From positions 1-28,198 of the IMG/VR virus record IMGVR_UViG_3300038673_000067: a stretch of 28,198 nt of DNA; one strand, given 5' to 3'. The DNA is from a virus. Its lineage: Duplodnaviria > Caudoviricetes. The notes beneath the pieces were generated by a model that saw only the letters and a list, made by a program, of their open reading frames with translations, made no database searches and was not told where the DNA came from. Made by a program: the position numbers and the translations under genes. Positions 24,214 to 28,198 of this stretch are shown here, piece by piece (positions within the stretch are counted from its first letter, which is position 1; each line of letters opens with the position of its first letter).

Positions 24214-24585
24214 ATGGGATATTACAGACGCGGAGACGTAGTATTCATCAATATCCCTTTCAAGATTGGCAGTAACGTACAGGGCGGCAATCGCCCGTGA
24301 GTGGTAGTCCAAAACGACATCGGCAATTTCCATTCACCTACCACGCTTCTGTGTCCTATGACGCATAAGCTCAAACGTCTTGACCTTCCGACTCACGCCA
24401 TTGTGTACGGCATGAACGGCTCGAAGCCAAGCATGGTGCTTTGTGAACAGGTGCGAGTTCTGGACGTGTCGCCTGATTGGAAATACGCCACCACTCTTTC
24501 CAAAGCCGATATGAACAAGATTGACCGATCTCTCTGGTATGCGTTTTTCCAGGGCAGCGGTCATGTATTTACGAACAGGAGGTAA
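24214..24585 (+). pseudogene. MazF/PemK-family endoribonuclease interrupted by an in-frame TGA
   Basis: GGAGGT RBS and ATG 24214; MGYYRRGDVVF...GSNVQGGNRP*VVVQNDIGNFHSPTT...LPTH...CEQVR; TGA at 24298-24300. Confidence 0.8.
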
Positions 24586-24587
24586 CT

Positions 24588-24899
24588 ATGCTCTATAAAT
24601 TTAACACCGTCTATATTAACCTCGCTGAAATTCAAACGATGGAGCTTGGCGACACCGGCGACAGTACCTATCCCTATAAACTGACTGTCCGTATGAAAGA
24701 CGGAACGGGTACATCGGTCAAGTATTCCACTCGCTATGCCCGTGATGACGAGGCAGCTCAAATCAAACGCAGTCACGACCTCACTCTTCCTGATCCCGTC
24801 ACCCGCTACGAGGTGGAGAACATCGTCAGTAATGAGGTTGAGAAAATGCGTCGGGACTTCCGGCGACTCCGTGAGAGCTTGAAGGAGGCAAAAGAGTAA
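24588..24899 (+). CDS. Hypothetical protein
   Basis: AGGAGGT RBS; 103 aa. Confidence 0.6.
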   Translation: MLYKFNTVYINLAEIQTMELGDTGDSTYPYKLTVRMKDGTGTSVKYSTRYARDDEAAQIKRSHDLTLPDPVTRYEVENIVSNEVEKMRRDFRRLRESLKEAKE

Positions 24900-25141
24900 T
24901 GGCTACCAGAAAACAAACTGAGGTTGAACAGCAATTAGCTTTCGTGCAGGCGTTATTCACAAATCTCGTTATGAACGTAAATAAGCACGAAGAGGAAAGA
25001 CTTTCGCGCTCATGGGATTGTCATGCAACAGGAGAAAAACAAAGCTACTCAAAAATCCCCATTCAAAACGACATTTTGAAAATCCGCAGAGAACTTCTTA
25101 CTCTTTCTCAAATGATGGAGGATTTTCGATATGCCAAGTGA
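24899..25141 (+). CDS. Hypothetical protein
   Basis: TAATG overlap; 80 aa. Confidence 0.55.
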   Translation: MATRKQTEVEQQLAFVQALFTNLVMNVNKHEEERLSRSWDCHATGEKQSYSKIPIQNDILKIRRELLTLSQMMEDFRYAK

Positions 25142-26642
25142 GATTATTGCCGCTTCAAACGAGGATCAGGAACTCTTTCAACTTTCCAACGGGCGCTATA
25201 TCATGGACGAGAAACAGTCCGCAAAGATGTACTATATCAAGTCCGTGCAGCCTGAGCGCAGTACCCAAGACAACAGCTCTGGCTACTCATGGGACGAAAG
25301 CGGTATGGGTGAGCTTTTCAGCGAGTGCTACGAGAACGACACTCGCTTTTGCCCCGAAGCGAAATGCTGGTACACCTACTCTGACGGCGCTTGGAGAAAG
25401 GACATCGGCTCTCTTCTGGTGTCAGAGAAAATTAAGGAGTTCTCCCGCCTCATGATCCTCTATTGCGGAGAAATCTCCAACGACGAGCGGCGGCAGGACT
25501 ACTTCAAGTTCGTGAACAAAATGGGCGACAGACGCTTTCGTGACCGGCTTATGAAAGACGCTGCCAGCGTGTCGCCCATTCCGGCAGCGCAGTTCGACGC
25601 AAATCCTTATCTGATAAACTGCCTCAACGGGACTTTCGACCTCAACACAATGAAATTTCGTGAGCATGACTGGCGCGATTATCTTACCATGCAGACCAAC
25701 TTCAACTATACCATGCAGGACGTTTCCTGTGACCGCTGGGAGAAGTTCATCGACGAGGTAACGTGCAAGGATAAGGACAAGGCCGACTACCTTCAACGCG
25801 CCCTGGGCTACTCCATGATAGGTGTTGCCAAAGAAGAGTGTATGTTTATCCTCCACGGCAAGACAACGCGCAACGGCAAGTCTACTCTGCTGTTTGCAAT
25901 TCATCATCTGCTGGGTGACTACGCCTCCGTCTCGCCGGTGTCTATCATCTGCAAGGCTGACCGCTCAAAGAACGCCGAGGCCGCAAACCCTATGCTGGCC
26001 TCCCTCAAAGGCAAGCGGTTTGTGACCATGGCTGAGAGCAATCAGTACGGCAAGCTGGACGAGGAAACAATCAAGCAGCTCACGGGCGGCGAAGAAATCA
26101 AGGCCAGAAATCTATACGAGACTGCCGCGACTTTCCTCCCGCAGTTTACCCTATGGCTTTCCTGCAACGACCTTCCGTCTGTCAACGACAAGAGCCTGTT
26201 CGCCTCTGACCGTGTGCGCGTGATTGAGTTCAACCGTCACTTCACCGAGGCCGAGCAGGACAAGAACCTTAAAACGGAGTTTCAAACTCAGGAGGCTATG
26301 CAAGGCATTTTTGCGTGGCTCGTTGCCGGTTACTTCAAATACAAGCGTGTCGGCCTGAAAATGAGCGCCGAAATGAAGAAAGTAATCCGGCAGTATGAGA
26401 AAGACAACGACCTTGTTTTGCAGTTTCTTGAAGAGAAGTGCGAAAAAGCCGAGGGTACAAACACCAAGGCAAAGTCCCTCTACGACTCTTATAAAATCTG
26501 GTGCAAGTCCAACGGCTACTTTGTGTGCAGCGCAAAACGCTTCAACGCGGACATGGACGCTCACCCTGAGTGGCACAGCGGCAAGGTCATGAGAGACGGC
26601 TATCCTGTCTACAAGGACATCAAACTGAAAGGAACGGTGTGA
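25131..26642 (+). CDS. Phage/plasmid P4-family D5-like SF3 helicase
   Basis: INCLNGTFDL, LHGKTTRNGKST (Walker A), KQLTGGEEIKARNLY and CNDLP motifs. Confidence 0.88.
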   Translation: MPSEIIAASNEDQELFQLSNGRYIMDEKQSAKMYYIKSVQPERSTQDNSSGYSWDESGMGELFSECYENDTRFCPEAKCWYTYSDGAWRKDIGSLLVSEKIKEFSRLMILYCGEISNDERRQDYFKFVNKMGDRRFRDRLMKDAASVSPIPAAQFDANPYLINCLNGTFDLNTMKFREHDWRDYLTMQTNFNYTMQDVSCDRWEKFIDEVTCKDKDKADYLQRALGYSMIGVAKEECMFILHGKTTRNGKSTLLFAIHHLLGDYASVSPVSIICKADRSKNAEAANPMLASLKGKRFVTMAESNQYGKLDEETIKQLTGGEEIKARNLYETAATFLPQFTLWLSCNDLPSVNDKSLFASDRVRVIEFNRHFTEAEQDKNLKTEFQTQEAMQGIFAWLVAGYFKYKRVGLKMSAEMKKVIRQYEKDNDLVLQFLEEKCEKAEGTNTKAKSLYDSYKIWCKSNGYFVCSAKRFNADMDAHPEWHSGKVMRDGYPVYKDIKLKGTV

Positions 26643-26643
26643 T

Positions 26644-26916
26644 ATGTCACCTGACAACATCAAGCAAGTTCGTAGAGAAGTAGAAGAAAATGGCTGGACA
26701 ATCATCTGGCTTGGTGCTGAAATGCCCTGTGCTTTCCTCGGCGATCCCGTTAAGCTTTTATACGAGGACATGGACGGGCAACCTTGTGTCTGTGAAGCCG
26801 TTTACACCTACGACAAGGGCTGTTTCGAGTTCAGACCTTACTTCCGCAGAACAGATGGCGCGAAGATGGTCAAATGTATTGCGTGGAAGAAGCGTGAGGT
26901 GTCCAACAATGGGTGA
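26644..26916 (+). CDS. Hypothetical protein
   Basis: ORF starts immediately after the helicase stop; 90 aa. Confidence 0.5.
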   Translation: MSPDNIKQVRREVEENGWTIIWLGAEMPCAFLGDPVKLLYEDMDGQPCVCEAVYTYDKGCFEFRPYFRRTDGAKMVKCIAWKKREVSNNG

Positions 26917-27118
26917 CGAGAGAGCCTGTCGCTTTTGTGAAAGAGCCGACTGTGAAAGAACAAAAGACAATCTCATTCGTTGTGTCTTTCATCACGACTG
27001 GACAAGTCCTGACGGACGTTGTAATGACTACTCTGATCCTGAGACTCGTTTTGTCATGGAAAAGGTCAGAGCGGGTGAGAGAATGTTTGAAAACCTGTCG
27101 AGTGTAAGCAAAAAGTAA
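26909..27118 (+). CDS. Small Cys-rich hypothetical protein (69 aa)
   Basis: GAGGTG RBS before ATG 26909; CRFC...C...C...C pattern. Confidence 0.5.
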   Translation: MGDERACRFCERADCERTKDNLIRCVFHHDWTSPDGRCNDYSDPETRFVMEKVRAGERMFENLSSVSKK

Positions 27119-27125
27119 AGAAAAT

Positions 27126-27274
27126 ACTTGTCAAGCAAACACTTGTCAAGTAAAGTCTTGAAGATTTTAAGTGAAAAAGTGAGTCATTTCTTAATTTTAC
27201 CATAAAAAACGTATAGTACGCGCATATATAGACACCTTTTATGCAAAAACCGAAAATGGCTCACTTTTTCACTT
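27126..27274. repeat. AT-rich intergenic repeat region (candidate origin or regulatory site)
   Basis: ACTTGTCAAG twice (27126, 27141); 21-bp inverted repeat 27169-27189 / 27254-27274 with one mismatch. Confidence 0.6.
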
Positions 27275-27293
27275 TTCACAGAAAGGAAAGCTA

Positions 27294-27512
27294 ATGTTTA
27301 TTTTGGGTGAATTGACAAAGAAAATTCATGCTCTCGGCTATCGGGTTGGAGACGTAGTAGAAAGACTTTGGCATGAAAAAGGAATTGATATTACCTATCA
27401 AGGCGTTACCTGGTATTTGCGTTCCCCTAACCGTGATACAGGAAAGCCTGAAATATGGCAAGCAATAGACGAAATTATTGAAGAAATGGAGGCAGAGAAG
27501 AATGGCAGATGA
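27294..27512 (+). CDS. Small putative DNA-binding protein
   Basis: AAAGGA RBS; 72 aa; loosely resembles the Cro-like ORF at 9371 (GIDIT...L vs GINTD...L). Confidence 0.45.
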   Translation: MFILGELTKKIHALGYRVGDVVERLWHEKGIDITYQGVTWYLRSPNRDTGKPEIWQAIDEIIEEMEAEKNGR

Positions 27513-28056
27513 CGGAAAGACTTTGAAGCCGAAGGGCAAACCGCGTGGAGGAAACTCGCCTATCATTAAAGACGCTCAAAGCAGCCTGACCAATCCGAAT
27601 AATTCACGGTATATCGCTTTCATAGCAGAGCTGAATAGCTGGCCTACCGTGAACAATAAGGACATTCCGGCCATGGAACAGAGGTTGGCTGAATACTTAG
27701 AGCTGTGTCAGAAGTATGGTATCAAGGTTGGTAATCAGAGTTGCTACTTTGCTCTGAATATTGACAAAGATGATGTGTATAACTGGACTCATGGTCTATC
27801 ACGGAGCGCAGAGTTTGGCGACTTTATAAAAAAAGTGCAGAAAATTTGCGCTATGTACCGTGAAAATCTCATGCAGGACGGACAGATAAATCCCGTTACG
27901 GGTATCTTCTGGCAGAAGAATTACGACGGCTTGAAAGATCAACAGGAAGTGGTACTCACGCCGAACAATCCTCTTGGCAATCAGACCGATCCCGAAGAGC
28001 TTAAACGGAAGTACATCGAAGCGACTATCCCTGGCGACTTTGACAGCGACTCTTAA
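27502..28056 (+). CDS. Putative terminase small subunit
   Basis: GGAGG RBS; basic N-terminus and INPVTGIFWQKNYDGLKDQQEV motif; located at the start of the late region. Confidence 0.55.
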   Translation: MADDGKTLKPKGKPRGGNSPIIKDAQSSLTNPNNSRYIAFIAELNSWPTVNNKDIPAMEQRLAEYLELCQKYGIKVGNQSCYFALNIDKDDVYNWTHGLSRSAEFGDFIKKVQKICAMYRENLMQDGQINPVTGIFWQKNYDGLKDQQEVVLTPNNPLGNQTDPEELKRKYIEATIPGDFDSDS

Positions 28057-28165
28057 ACGACTTTCGACTCTCTGGCGACTTTCGACTCTCTGGCGACTAT
28101 CCCTGGCGACTTTCCCGACTATACCAAGCGACTTTCGCCAGCGACTCTACGACTATCACGCGACT
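28021..28165 (+). repeat. CGACT direct-repeat array
   Basis: 14 copies of CGACT in 145 bp, all in one orientation; includes an 18-bp tandem (28058-28093) and a 21-bp direct repeat (28021, 28093). Confidence 0.9.
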
Positions 28166-28167
28166 AT

Positions 28168-28198
28168 GAGCGCCTGGGCGATCCCCTGGGCGCTCTTT
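28168..28198 (+). terminator. Possible terminator hairpin at the window end
   Basis: GAGCGCC...GGCGCTC arms followed by TTT, truncated by the window edge. Confidence 0.45.

Noticed and set aside
24298-24300. Genome-wide TGA recoding or selenocysteine
   Set aside because: TGA is the normal stop of many genes here, including ATGA overlaps, and no other conserved gene shows an internal TGA.
28021-28165. CRISPR array
   Set aside because: Cores are only 5-6 bp with 2-8-nt gaps; there are no unique ~30-nt spacers and no cas genes.

Overview
A 28-kb segment of a tailed (siphovirus-like) phage or prophage genome, inferred to infect a Firmicutes/Clostridia-type host from its AGGAGG RBSs, sigma-A promoters and amidase endolysin with an SLH-like tail. 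Gene order: tape-measure 3' end and tail genes (1-4742), a complete diversity-generating retroelement (DGR; 4606-6750), tail-accessory and lysis genes (6743-8953), an immunity switch with a truncated repressor and no integrase (8934-9598), an early/replication region (9589-27118), a putative origin, and a terminase-small-subunit-like gene followed by a CGACT repeat array. The replication region encodes a resolvase, SF2 helicase, family B polymerase, ERF, YqaJ, SSB-like protein, DUF5664, HD hydrolase, ThyX, PrimPol and D5 helicase. Main observations: (1) One TR appears to diversify two genes, the adjacent tail protein and a remote paralogous-domain protein 6 kb away among the early genes, each followed by an identically spaced GC hairpin. 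(2) A -1 frameshift signal (CCCUUUU plus an H-type pseudoknot) would join the two halves of a PAPS-reductase-family protein and read on in frame into the ERF recombinase. (3) Face-to-face promoters with operator palindromes sit next to a repressor cut off by an apparent deletion. (4) An orphan MazF/PemK gene carries an internal TGA. All family assignments come from motif recognition, not database searches.
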